A stretch of 64,000 nucleotides of DNA from Rickettsiales bacterium (GTDB lineage Bacteria; Pseudomonadota; Alphaproteobacteria; Rickettsiales; JABSSG01), in contig JAVKEN010000005.1 in assembly GCA_040221415.1 (NCBI GenBank), positions 5,114 through 69,113 of the forward strand. The letters are read 5' to 3'. This document shows positions 45,436-54,614 of this stretch, one piece after another (the stretch's first letter is position 1; every line of letters starts with the position of its first letter). The notes under the pieces are model-generated. The model did not search any database. It had not been told where the DNA came from and worked only from the letters and a program-made list of their open reading frames with translations. Position numbers and translations under genes: made by a program.

Positions 45436-46262
45436 ATGCTAGCTATATCACTCTCTAAATGATGAAATAGGTTTTTAGTAAAAGTGAACTGGTTTCCTTT
45501 CCATTCATTTTTTATTTCTGATATTGGCAAAATAATATGGTTTGCATTTGTCATAAATATTTCGTCTGCAGTTAGTAAATTATTAATGGGGAAAACTCCT
45601 TGATTTACTCTAATTCCATCTGATTTAAGGATTTGATTTCTAATTACACCTCTTATCAGGGGGCATTTATTTGATGGAGTATAAAGAACTTTGTTCTTAA
45701 CCCAAAAAATATTCCCTGAGCTAAATTCACAGATATATTTTTTATTATCAAGTTGTATACCATCAAAGCAATTATTCTCTTCTGCCTCTATTTTAGCTAG
45801 AACCGAATTTAGGTTAGCAAGTGTTTTGACTTGAGTTGGAATAGATTCTGGATTAGGCTTAGGTATAGATGAAATGATCACCTGTACAGGCTCTTTCCAA
45901 AGAATATTTTTTTCATTAGTTTCAATTATGATATTTGCTGGGCTATTTTTCATTCGTGAATATCCCACACTTTTTTCGCCTGCAGTAACAATGATTTTTA
46001 ATAAACCATTATTCACATGGTTCTTTTGTATGAGTGCACAAGCGTGATCTTTTATATTGTGAAGTGTAACGTTTCTAATTTTTAGGATATCCAAGCCTTT
46101 TTTTAATCTTGCAATATGAAAATTCCACTGGTAAATCTTTCCATTGGAAATTCTAATGGTTTCAAAAAGGCCGTCACCAAATCTCAGACCTCGGTCATGT
46201 GTAGAGATAAGTCTTTTTTGATCCTCAAAATATTTTCCGTTTAAATATATATATTTTGACAT
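45432..46262 (-). CDS. pabC: Class IV aminotransferase family, likely aminodeoxychorismate lyase
   Basis: YLNGK, DRGLRFGDGLFET, VKTLAN, EFSSGNIFW, GVIR, EIFMTNA. Start set at 46262 because homology begins at MSKYIYLNG. An IlvE/Dat assignment cannot be excluded. Confidence 0.75.
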   Translation of the reverse strand: MSKYIYLNGKYFEDQKRLISTHDRGLRFGDGLFETIRISNGKIYQWNFHIARLKKGLDILKIRNVTLHNIKDHACALIQKNHVNNGLLKIIVTAGEKSVGYSRMKNSPANIIIETNEKNILWKEPVQVIISSIPKPNPESIPTQVKTLANLNSVLAKIEAEENNCFDGIQLDNKKYICEFSSGNIFWVKNKVLYTPSNKCPLIRGVIRNQILKSDGIRVNQGVFPINNLLTADEIFMTNANHIILPISEIKNEWKGNQFTFTKNLFHHLESDIASI

Positions 46263-46635
46263 GAAGAAAAATATAGCGATAAAGCTAGAAAGATTGCAAG
46301 TTAAAACTTTTATAGGCGTCACAGAGGAGGAGAGAAAGTCGCCCCAAACACTTGAGTGTAATTTAGAAATCAAGAGTGAAAATTCATTACAGTGCCTTGA
46401 TAAGGATGGAAAGGAAGATTATATTTGCTATGCTCTTATTTCCGAAAAAATTTGCCAGTTTTGTTTAGGAAACGAATTTATGCTAATAGAATATTTAACA
46501 AATCAGGTTTTTAAAATGTTAAGGGAGTCAATTCCTAAGAGTTTTGGTATAAAAGTTGAATTTAAAAAACATAACCCTGATATGAAATCTAATCTTCACG
46601 CAGCCTCATGCGTAGTAAGCGATTATGCAGAATAA
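46261..46635 (+). CDS. folB: Dihydroneopterin aldolase
   Basis: LQVKTFIGVTEEE...DYICY...LIEYL. First gene of the folKPC cluster. Confidence 0.85.
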   Translation: MKKNIAIKLERLQVKTFIGVTEEERKSPQTLECNLEIKSENSLQCLDKDGKEDYICYALISEKICQFCLGNEFMLIEYLTNQVFKMLRESIPKSFGIKVEFKKHNPDMKSNLHAASCVVSDYAE

Positions 46636-47131
46636 TTTTGTTATAGTTTCTTTTGGTTCAAATTTGGGTGAGCGGGAAAAAAATATTCACAAAGCAGTTA
46701 GCGCCATTCAAAGTAGTGATATAATGAAGGATACAGTTCTATCTGAAATTATAGAGACAGATGCTATATTATTAGAAGGAAGCCCTAAATCTTGGAATAA
46801 AAAATTTCTAAATGCGGTAATGTGTGGGTCTACGAGGCTTTCTCCCCAAATGTTGTTATCTAGATTAAAAGATGTGGAAAGCTACTTAGGCAGGAGTTCA
46901 TCCGAGAAATGGTCACCAAGACTGATAGATATTGATATTTTATTCTATAATAATCTGTATATAAATGAAGATGAGATTCAAATACCGCATCCTGAATTTC
47001 TGAATAGAAAATTCTTAGTAGAATTAGTTTCCAAGATTACTCCAGATTACACTTTCCCAGTACGCGGCAGATTTTATAAAGAGAAAATGGCTGCTATTAA
47101 TAAACATCTAACAGTTCATGAAGAAGTTTGA
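46625..47131 (+). CDS. folK: HPPK (2-amino-4-hydroxy-6-hydroxymethyldihydropteridine diphosphokinase)
   Basis: SFGSNLG, FLNAV, KWSPRLIDIDIL, IPHP. Confidence 0.94.
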   Translation: MQNNFVIVSFGSNLGEREKNIHKAVSAIQSSDIMKDTVLSEIIETDAILLEGSPKSWNKKFLNAVMCGSTRLSPQMLLSRLKDVESYLGRSSSEKWSPRLIDIDILFYNNLYINEDEIQIPHPEFLNRKFLVELVSKITPDYTFPVRGRFYKEKMAAINKHLTVHEEV

Positions 47132-47924
47132 AACTAAAATAGTTGGCGCACTAAATCTTACTCCAGACTCCTTTTCAGATGGGGGTAGATATAACTCTCA
47201 TTCTCAAGCTTTAGCCCATATTTCAGACATGATATCTAATGGAGTAGACGTAATAGATGTTGGAGCTGAGTCAACTCGTCCTGATGGAGTAAGAATTACA
47301 GTCGAAGAAGAGAAGAAGCGTCTAGATGGTTTGATCCAGATGATATACAAAATTGCGAAAGAAAATAATGTCAAAGTGAGTTTAGATTCACACAACATTG
47401 AAACTTTGACACATTATCAAAATTACTATGATATAATTAATGATGTGACCGGGTTGTCAAGTGATGAGATAATTTCTTTACAGAAAGACACTGGAAAAGA
47501 GGCTGTATTTATGAGAAGTCTTACGGTTCCAGTCATTAAAACAAAAGTTATTGATCCTACATTAGACCCAATTATATATATTCAAGATTGGCTGAATAAA
47601 AAGATTGATTTTTTTACTAGAAAGGAGATTGATTTAAATAAATTAATTTTTGATCCAGGCATAGGATTTGGTCTAGGTCAGAAAAACGATATGCTATTAA
47701 TCAAAAAGATATCTGATTTAAACACTCAAGGTTTGCAATTAATGGTGGGACATTCGAGGAAGTCTTTCCTTCAGGTGTTTGGTTCTAGCAATCCCAGAGA
47801 GAGAGATCCTGAAACGCATGTATTAAGTTCATATTTAATAAATTTAGGAGTAGATTATATTCGTGTGCATGATGTAGAATCTACTGCTAGAGTAAAAGCT
47901 TTAACCAAAGAATTATATAGTTAG
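47118..47924 (+). CDS. folP: Dihydropteroate synthase
   Basis: LNLTPDSFSDGG, IDVGAESTRP, INDV, FDPGIGFG, GHSRKSF, RVHDV. Confidence 0.96.
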   Translation: MKKFETKIVGALNLTPDSFSDGGRYNSHSQALAHISDMISNGVDVIDVGAESTRPDGVRITVEEEKKRLDGLIQMIYKIAKENNVKVSLDSHNIETLTHYQNYYDIINDVTGLSSDEIISLQKDTGKEAVFMRSLTVPVIKTKVIDPTLDPIIYIQDWLNKKIDFFTRKEIDLNKLIFDPGIGFGLGQKNDMLLIKKISDLNTQGLQLMVGHSRKSFLQVFGSSNPRERDPETHVLSSYLINLGVDYIRVHDVESTARVKALTKELYS

Positions 47925-47926
47925 TC

Positions 47927-49207
47927 ATGGTATGGATGCCTCATTGGCCGAGAGTAGGTGAAAAATCTTCCATAAAGCTTGGATTGAATAATATCAAATC
48001 ATTACTAGAGGCGCTTGATAACCCTCAAGATAAAATGCCGCCTGTAATACATGTTGCTGGCACAAATGGTAAAGGCTCTACAGTATCATTTCTGCAGTCT
48101 ATTCTTGAGGCTTCTGGACTAAGAGTGCACGTTAACACTTCACCTCACATCTATAGATTTAACGAGAGAATTAAGATTGGCGGCGAAGAAATATCAGATA
48201 GATATCTGAAAGAAATTCTTGAAGAATGTAGGATAGTCTCAGAGAAAAATAATATTAACACTTCATTCTTTGAGGGAATTACAGCAGCAGCTTTTTTGGC
48301 GTTTTCTAGAAACAAAGCAGACATTACTTTGGTTGAAGTCGGAATGGGTGGAAGGTTAGATGCTACTAATGTGCTTACAAAACCTTTAATGACAGTAATC
48401 ACTCCAATATCCCTTGATCATGTGGAGTCTTTAGGAGATACGGTTGAGAAAATTGCATACGAGAAAGCTTGCATCATGAAGAGTGGAATTCCTTCTGTAA
48501 TTAGCGCCCAATTAGATGGGGCTCATAAAGTTATTGAAGAGTATGCTAGCAAAAACAAAGTCCCTCTTTTTAGGTATGAATATGATTTCGGTATAGAGCC
48601 AAATATCAATGGTGGCTTTCAATATATGTCTGATGATTGCAAAATAGATTTGCCAGAGCCATCTTTGAAAGGGTTGCATCAATATGTCAATGCAGCGACT
48701 GCAATAGCAGCTGTAAAGCTTATAAAAGGGGGGGGTATTACAGATGCATCAATTTCAGAAGGTATTGAAAATGCTAAATGGCCTGGAAGAATAGAGAAAA
48801 TTAATTCTGGTAAATTATTTGATATCCTTCCTGATGGTTCTGAAGTTTACCTAGATGGTGCGCATAATCAATCTGGCGCTCAGGTTCTTGCTACTTGGCT
48901 AAGCATGCAGCCTGAAATGAGAACTTTTATGGTGGTTGGGTTTACTAAGAATCGCAATGCTAATGATTTTCTAAAATATTTCCAAATCATGAATCCTAAT
49001 GTTATTTGTTCAACAGTTCATTCAGAGCCTTTAAGTTATAAAGGACATGAGTTGCAGGAAATGATTGACTGCAAATTCCCAGATATCTCTTCAGTTAATA
49101 AAATAGAAGAGGCTTTAAGAAGAATTGTTTCCGAAAATACAAAGCCTGTTCGGGTTATAGTCAGTGGGTCTTTATTTTTAGTGTCTGATTTTTTAAGAGC
49201 TAATTAA
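47927..49207 (+). CDS. folC: Dihydrofolate synthase / folylpolyglutamate synthase
   Basis: HVAGTNGKGS, TSPH, EVGMGGRLDATN, WPGR, LDGAHN, SGSLFLV. Confidence 0.96.
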   Translation: MVWMPHWPRVGEKSSIKLGLNNIKSLLEALDNPQDKMPPVIHVAGTNGKGSTVSFLQSILEASGLRVHVNTSPHIYRFNERIKIGGEEISDRYLKEILEECRIVSEKNNINTSFFEGITAAAFLAFSRNKADITLVEVGMGGRLDATNVLTKPLMTVITPISLDHVESLGDTVEKIAYEKACIMKSGIPSVISAQLDGAHKVIEEYASKNKVPLFRYEYDFGIEPNINGGFQYMSDDCKIDLPEPSLKGLHQYVNAATAIAAVKLIKGGGITDASISEGIENAKWPGRIEKINSGKLFDILPDGSEVYLDGAHNQSGAQVLATWLSMQPEMRTFMVVGFTKNRNANDFLKYFQIMNPNVICSTVHSEPLSYKGHELQEMIDCKFPDISSVNKIEEALRRIVSENTKPVRVIVSGSLFLVSDFLRAN

Positions 49208-49627
49208 TCCTAGAGAATTTTTAATTCTGCTAGTAATCTTCTCTAATTTTGTGACTCCGTCACAGGCCACAAAAATTGTATCATCGCCAGCTACTGTTCC
49301 TAGAATATCTGCGCTATTAAGTCTTTCCATATCAATTTGATATGCAACAGCATTTGCATGTCCTGGTGGTGTGGTAACTATAATCAGGTTTGGTTCTGAT
49401 AGTAAAAAGCTAATATTTTTGGTGCTATTTTTTTTCATAGGGTTTAACCTATAAAAACCATCCACCTTTTCTATAAAGCATTTATTTAATTTTCTAGAAA
49501 GTGTTGATTGGGTAATTTCTATTTTATAATGATGCTTTAGGTAGTCTAGAATCTCCTGATGAGTTGATATTTTTGTGTTGTTTATTAAAGATTTTAAAGT
49601 TTCTTCAAGTGACTTTCTCATTGACAT
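49193..49627 (-). CDS. argR: Arginine repressor
   Basis: Winged-HTH ITQSTLSR and C-terminal TPPGHANAVA...GTVAGDDTIFV arginine-binding motif. Start is ATG 49627 or 49621. Confidence 0.93.
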   Translation of the reverse strand: MSMRKSLEETLKSLINNTKISTHQEILDYLKHHYKIEITQSTLSRKLNKCFIEKVDGFYRLNPMKKNSTKNISFLLSEPNLIIVTTPPGHANAVAYQIDMERLNSADILGTVAGDDTIFVACDGVTKLEKITSRIKNSLGLISS

Positions 49628-49672
49628 AATGCATATTTTCACATATTATTGCATATATCTGCATAATATGCA
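49621..49672 (+). promoter_or_regulatory. sigma70 promoter of the amino-acid ABC operon overlapped by tandem ARG boxes
   Basis: TTGACA (49621-49626), 17 nt, TATTAT (49644-49649). ARG-box-like 18-mers AATGCATATTTTCACATA (49628-49645) and ATTGCATATATCTGCATA (49648-49665), 2 nt apart. Confidence 0.75.
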
Positions 49673-49687
49673 AATTAAAGGTAGTAT

Positions 49688-50437
49688 ATGTTTTTGAAGA
49701 ATGTTTTCAGTGTATTTTTAATGTTATTAGTCCTTTATTCTTGTGGGAATGAAGAGAAGGCAGATAAGTCGAATGACAAAGAAATGCTAATTATGGGTGT
49801 ATCAGCTGACTATCCTCCATTTGAATTTATAAAAAGCAAAAAGGTTGTTGGATTTGATATTGATTTAGCAAACCAAATTGCAAAAAAGCTTGGTGTGAAG
49901 TTATATATTAAAGAAATGAATTGGGATAGCTTAATACCTGCTCTTCATTCTGGAAGAGTTGATTTTGTGATGTCTGCAATGTCTAAAACGTCTGACAGGG
50001 CAAAGAATGTTGATTTTTCTATTCCTTATTACGCGCCCTCATTAGCCATTCTGTATAAAAAATCTGCGCCGATTAAAGACGTCTCATTATTTGATAATAA
50101 AGAAATTGCGGTGCAGCTTGGGTCAACCATGGAATCTTTTATAAGAAAGCAGTCAAAAAAATATAAAATTGACATCATTTCATTGACAAGAGTTCCAACT
50201 ATGGTTCAAGAACTAAAGTTAGGAAGGGTTGATGCAGTTTTGATAGAAGAGGCTCAGGCAAAAGAATTCGTCTTAAGAGACCAAAACTTAGATTATTCAT
50301 TAGCAAGTGATAACGATGGAGAATACTCTGTAGCATTTCCAAAAAATTCTGATCTAAAGTCTAGGTTTGATGAAGCTCTTGTTGCAATTAGAGATTCTGG
50401 AGAATTGGACAAAATTAAAAGTAAGTGGTTATCATGA
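49688..50437 (+). CDS. Polar amino-acid ABC transporter substrate-binding lipoprotein (ArtJ/GlnH-like, probably arginine)
   Basis: Lipobox LYSC, SADYPPFEF, GFDIDLA, WDSLIPAL, VQLGST. Confidence 0.9.
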   Translation: MFLKNVFSVFLMLLVLYSCGNEEKADKSNDKEMLIMGVSADYPPFEFIKSKKVVGFDIDLANQIAKKLGVKLYIKEMNWDSLIPALHSGRVDFVMSAMSKTSDRAKNVDFSIPYYAPSLAILYKKSAPIKDVSLFDNKEIAVQLGSTMESFIRKQSKKYKIDIISLTRVPTMVQELKLGRVDAVLIEEAQAKEFVLRDQNLDYSLASDNDGEYSVAFPKNSDLKSRFDEALVAIRDSGELDKIKSKWLS

Positions 50438-51075
50438 TGGGTTTAGACTTGAGCTCTGTTTCTTATATTGTTCAAGGTATTGGTGTTACGCTGATGTATA
50501 CTTTATACTCATTCTTGGCAGGGTATTGCGTTGCTATGATGGTAGTCTTGATGAGAATAAGTAAGCTAAAGATTCTCAATTATTGTGCGATGTTCTATGT
50601 CTCGATATTTAGGGGGACACCAGTCCTTGTGCAGTTAAGTATTGTGTATTTTGGACTACCTTTGAGCATGGGATTTAAAATAGACGTTTTTGAAGCAGGA
50701 ATTATCACCTTCTCTCTCAATTCAGCAGCGTATATTGCAGAGATATTGAGGTCTGGAATAAATTCAGTTTGTAAAGGGCAACTAGAGGCTGCTAAATCCC
50801 TTAGTATATCGTACCGAGACACAATGGGTAAAATCATTTTACCTCAGGCATTAAGAGTTTCTTTGCCCGGGCTAGTTAACGAGTTTGTAAACCTTCTGAA
50901 AGAAACAGCTATTATCTCGATGATTGGTGGGTACGATCTAATGAAAAGAGCTCAGGTGGTTGCTGCAGAGAAGTATATTTATATGGAGCCATTATTGGTC
51001 GCAGCTCTATGTTATTATTTTATGGTTATGATGTTTAGTACTTTTGCTAAGTATATAGAAAGAAGGGTTGTTTAG
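50434..51075 (+). CDS. Polar amino-acid ABC transporter permease
   Basis: FRGTPVLVQ, AAYIAEILRSG, GQLEAA, LPQALR, KETAI. Confidence 0.93.
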   Translation: MMGLDLSSVSYIVQGIGVTLMYTLYSFLAGYCVAMMVVLMRISKLKILNYCAMFYVSIFRGTPVLVQLSIVYFGLPLSMGFKIDVFEAGIITFSLNSAAYIAEILRSGINSVCKGQLEAAKSLSISYRDTMGKIILPQALRVSLPGLVNEFVNLLKETAIISMIGGYDLMKRAQVVAAEKYIYMEPLLVAALCYYFMVMMFSTFAKYIERRVV

Positions 51076-51791
51076 TGATAAGCATAAAAAATCTTTATAA
51101 ATCTTTTGGCACACATCCTATCTTAAGAGATGTCAATTTAGAAATAAAAACAGGTGAGGTAGTATCGATCATTGGGCCTTCTGGGAGTGGAAAGTCTACC
51201 TTAATAAGGTCGATAAATTATTTAGACGCGCCTGATTCTGGGGAGGTGATTATTGACTCTCAAAAGTTAAGTAACAATAATCAGAAGCAAATCAGAAAAA
51301 ACATTGGAATGGTTTTCCAGTCATTCAATTTATTTTCTAATATGTCGGTCCTGGAGAACATAGTGTTTGCTCCTATTAAAGTGTTAAAGACCTCCAGAAA
51401 AGATGCAGTAAAGGAAGCGAAAATATTACTTAAAAAAGTTGGCCTTCAAAATTTTGGTGATAAAAATCCCCAGGATTTATCAGGTGGACAAAAGCAAAGA
51501 GTCGCTATAGCGAGAGCGTTAGCGATGAATCCAAAAATTATGCTATTCGATGAGCCCACTTCTTCTTTGGATCCAGAAATGATTAAAGAAGTGCTTGAGG
51601 TGATTGAAAGTTTTGCGCATAAAGGAATGACGATATTAATCGTTACTCACGAGTTGGACTTTGCAAAAAGAATTTCGGACAAAATAGTTTTTTTAGATGA
51701 TGGTAAAATTATTGAAGTGAGTAATCCATCAAGTTTCTTTAAGAAACCCAAAACTAGAAGGGCACAAGAATTCTTATCTAAAGTTTTATAA
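51075..51791 (+). CDS. Polar amino-acid ABC transporter ATP-binding protein
   Basis: GPSGSGKST, GMVFQSFNLF, LSGGQKQRVAIARALAMNP, FDEPTS, VTHE. Confidence 0.95.
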   Translation: MISIKNLYKSFGTHPILRDVNLEIKTGEVVSIIGPSGSGKSTLIRSINYLDAPDSGEVIIDSQKLSNNNQKQIRKNIGMVFQSFNLFSNMSVLENIVFAPIKVLKTSRKDAVKEAKILLKKVGLQNFGDKNPQDLSGGQKQRVAIARALAMNPKIMLFDEPTSSLDPEMIKEVLEVIESFAHKGMTILIVTHELDFAKRISDKIVFLDDGKIIEVSNPSSFFKKPKTRRAQEFLSKVL

Positions 51792-51793
51792 GT

Positions 51794-53146
51794 TTAATTT
51801 GGTTTGATTCTTCGAGTGCCGTCGGAGAATTGTATCGAGTAAGTTTGGTCGTGTTGTAAATCGTCTGATTTCTTTATAATTTTCTTGGATTCGTTTTTTA
51901 CTATCGTATATCCCCTTTTTAGGGTGTTCTCATAGTTGTATGAATCAAATAAAGACAAAGTCGTTCTTAATACCATGTCTTTTTCAGCATGTTTTGACTC
52001 AATTAATCTATCTAGCGTATGACAAGTAGCATCAAATTTTTCCATAAGATAATCAATTATTTTAGTAGGAGATGTGTTTTGCGATGCTAACACTAATACT
52101 TGGTTATATTTATCACGAATTGTTCTCAATGCTGAATCGTATAACCTATCACTAAAGTCATCTAACCTTTGTTCGAATTCGTGTGTTAACTTGTTTAAAT
52201 CTGGTAGAGCTCTAGCTAGTGAGAGAAGCTCTGTTTTAAGATGAATAATTCGTTTTTGGATTCCAGCATCCATTCTGTGTTGAATTTCTTCGGTTGTGAA
52301 TTGTAAATCACTTCTCACTGGAACTGCCATTTCCGCGGCAGCAGTTGGAGTGGGTGCTCTTCTATCCGCAACTAAATCAATCAGTGTATTATCGGTTTCA
52401 TGGCCAACAGCTGAAATAATTGGTATTTCTGATCCAAACGTTGCTCGTACAACAGTTTCTTCATTAAATGCCCATAAATCTTCTATGGATCCTCCACCTC
52501 TGGCAACAATTATGACATCTGGTCTTCCGTTTGTTTCGTTCAATCTATTAAATCCTTCTATAGCTTCAGTGATTTGTGCAGCAGAGTTAGATCCTTGAAC
52601 AAGAACTGGCCATATTAATACTTTACATGGAAATCGGTCAGATATTCTATGAATAATATCTTTGATTACAGCTCCTCCCATCGAAGTAACAACCCCAATT
52701 ATTTGGGGAATAAATGGAATGGGTTTTTTATGCATAGGGTTGAAAAGCCCCTCTTCCAACAGCTGCCTCTTCCTTTTTTCTAATATAGCCATTAAGCTTC
52801 CAATTCCTGAGTTTTCAATAGAAGTGACAACTAATTGGTATTTAGATTGACCGGAATAAGTGGTAATGTTTCCAGTACAAACGACCTCCATTCCTTCCTC
52901 TGGCTTACATTTTAAACTACTATAATTTCCTTTCCAGCAGACGCATGCTAGAACAGATTTATCATCTTTTAACGAGAAGTATAAATGACCTGATGGTGCT
53001 ATTTTAAGACCCGATATCTCTCCTTTTACTCTTACGCATCCAAATTTTGATTCAATAAAATTTTTAATTTGAGTAGAAAGTTGCGAAACGCTTAGTTCAA
53101 CATCTGTTTTTCGTTCTAGTGAAAATAAATCGGAGTCAGAGTTCAT
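51794..53146 (-). CDS. xseA: Exodeoxyribonuclease VII large subunit
   Basis: VKGEISG, SGHLYFSLKD, GAVIKDI, RGGGSIEDLWAFNEE, SAVGHETD, APTPTAAAE. Confidence 0.96.
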   Translation of the reverse strand: MNSDSDLFSLERKTDVELSVSQLSTQIKNFIESKFGCVRVKGEISGLKIAPSGHLYFSLKDDKSVLACVCWKGNYSSLKCKPEEGMEVVCTGNITTYSGQSKYQLVVTSIENSGIGSLMAILEKRKRQLLEEGLFNPMHKKPIPFIPQIIGVVTSMGGAVIKDIIHRISDRFPCKVLIWPVLVQGSNSAAQITEAIEGFNRLNETNGRPDVIIVARGGGSIEDLWAFNEETVVRATFGSEIPIISAVGHETDNTLIDLVADRRAPTPTAAAEMAVPVRSDLQFTTEEIQHRMDAGIQKRIIHLKTELLSLARALPDLNKLTHEFEQRLDDFSDRLYDSALRTIRDKYNQVLVLASQNTSPTKIIDYLMEKFDATCHTLDRLIESKHAEKDMVLRTTLSLFDSYNYENTLKRGYTIVKNESKKIIKKSDDLQHDQTYSIQFSDGTRRIKPN

Positions 53147-53220
53147 TTTAATAAATTAATTGAACTTAATGGTAATTAATAATAAATAATATATGCTAAT
53201 AATAAATAATATCTATAGGT

Positions 53221-53688
53221 ATGTCTAAAGATTTAGAAGTAAATGATCAAGTTCCTCATTTTCAGGTTCTTGTCGGTGAAGACAAGCTTGTATCACCCGA
53301 GGATTTTAAGGGAAAAAAACTAGTTATATATTTTTATCCAAAAGACAACACTCCTGGTTGCACAACGGAAACAAAAGAGTTCGTAGAAAATTATAAAAAT
53401 TTTCAAAGCGAAAATGCAGAGATTTTGGGTGTATCTAAAGATAGCTTAAAAAGCCATAAAAAATTTATCGACAAGCTGAATATACCTTTCCAGTTGGGTT
53501 CAGACCCAGAAACCAAAATATGTGAAAAGTTTGGGGTGTGGATAGAAAAAAGCATGTATGGCCGTAAATATATGGGAATTGATAGATCAACTTTTTTAAT
53601 TGATGAAGCTGGGAAAATAATTAAAATTTGGAGGAAGGTGTCAGTTAAAGGCCACGTAGAAGAAGTATTAAAAGAGGTTAGTAAATGA
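53221..53688 (+). CDS. bcp: Peroxiredoxin Bcp/PrxQ
   Basis: YFYPKDNTPGCTTE, GVSKDS, KSMYGRKYMGIDRSTFLID. Confidence 0.95.
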   Translation: MSKDLEVNDQVPHFQVLVGEDKLVSPEDFKGKKLVIYFYPKDNTPGCTTETKEFVENYKNFQSENAEILGVSKDSLKSHKKFIDKLNIPFQLGSDPETKICEKFGVWIEKSMYGRKYMGIDRSTFLIDEAGKIIKIWRKVSVKGHVEEVLKEVSK

Positions 53689-54614
53689 GAATAACTAGAG
53701 TAGTAAAAAAAATTTTAGATAATTATGAAAGTGATAACCCAGGAACAAAATCGAAGCTGGCTAGTATTTTAATGCATGGAAAATTAGGTGGAACTGGTAA
53801 AATGGTTATACTTCCAGTTGATCAAGGGTTTGAGCATGGGCCTGCTAGAAGTTTTGCAAAGAATCCACCAGCATATGATCCTCATTATCATTATTCTTTA
53901 GCTATTGAATCTGGCTTAAATGCATATGCTGCTCCTTTGGGAATGATTGAAGCTGGTGCAGATAGTTTTGCAGGAGCAATTCCTACTATATTGAAAGTAA
54001 ATAGTGCTAACTCTCTTAACTCGAAACATACCCAACCATATCAAGCTATTACTTCTAGCGTAAGAGATGCTTTGAGACTAGGGTGCTCAGCTATTGGTTT
54101 TACAATATATCCTGGTTCTGATATGTCACTTGATATGATGGATGAGATAAGAGAAATGTCAGAAGAAGCTAAAGAAGTTGGTATTGCTACAGTAATTTGG
54201 TCTTATCCTAGAGGTGGTGATTTATCAAAAACAGGTGAGACAGCAGTTGATATTTGTGCATATGCTGCTCATATGGCATGTCTACTTGGCGCTCATATAA
54301 TAAAAGTGAAGTTACCAAGTGACCATTTAGAACTTAATGAGGCAAAAAAAATATATGAATCTGAGAAAATAAATATTTCAACAATGGCTGATAGAGTAAA
54401 ACACGTTGCTCAAAGCTGTTTTAATGGTAGGCGTATGGTAGTTTTCTCGGGCGGCGGAAGCAAAAGTTCTTCTAGTGTGTATGATGATGTAAAGGCTGTA
54501 AGAGATGGTGGCGGTAATGGCTCCATTATTGGCAGAAATACATTCCAACGCTCAAGAGGCGAGGCATTAAAAATGCTTCAAGAAATTGTAGACATATACA
54601 AAAGAAAGGCATGA
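53685..54614 (+). CDS. fbaB: Class I fructose-bisphosphate aldolase (DhnA/FbaB type)
   Basis: ILPVDQGFEHGP, AIGFTIYPGS, WSYPRG, AHIIKVK, SIIGRNTFQR. Confidence 0.9.
   Translation: MRITRVVKKILDNYESDNPGTKSKLASILMHGKLGGTGKMVILPVDQGFEHGPARSFAKNPPAYDPHYHYSLAIESGLNAYAAPLGMIEAGADSFAGAIPTILKVNSANSLNSKHTQPYQAITSSVRDALRLGCSAIGFTIYPGSDMSLDMMDEIREMSEEAKEVGIATVIWSYPRGGDLSKTGETAVDICAYAAHMACLLGAHIIKVKLPSDHLELNEAKKIYESEKINISTMADRVKHVAQSCFNGRRMVVFSGGGSKSSSSVYDDVKAVRDGGGNGSIIGRNTFQRSRGEALKMLQEIVDIYKRKA

Noticed and set aside
46263-46373. 37-aa N-terminal extension of the class IV aminotransferase given by the ORF track
   Set aside because: It is the antisense of folB and carries no family similarity. Homology starts at MSKYIYLNG (46262).
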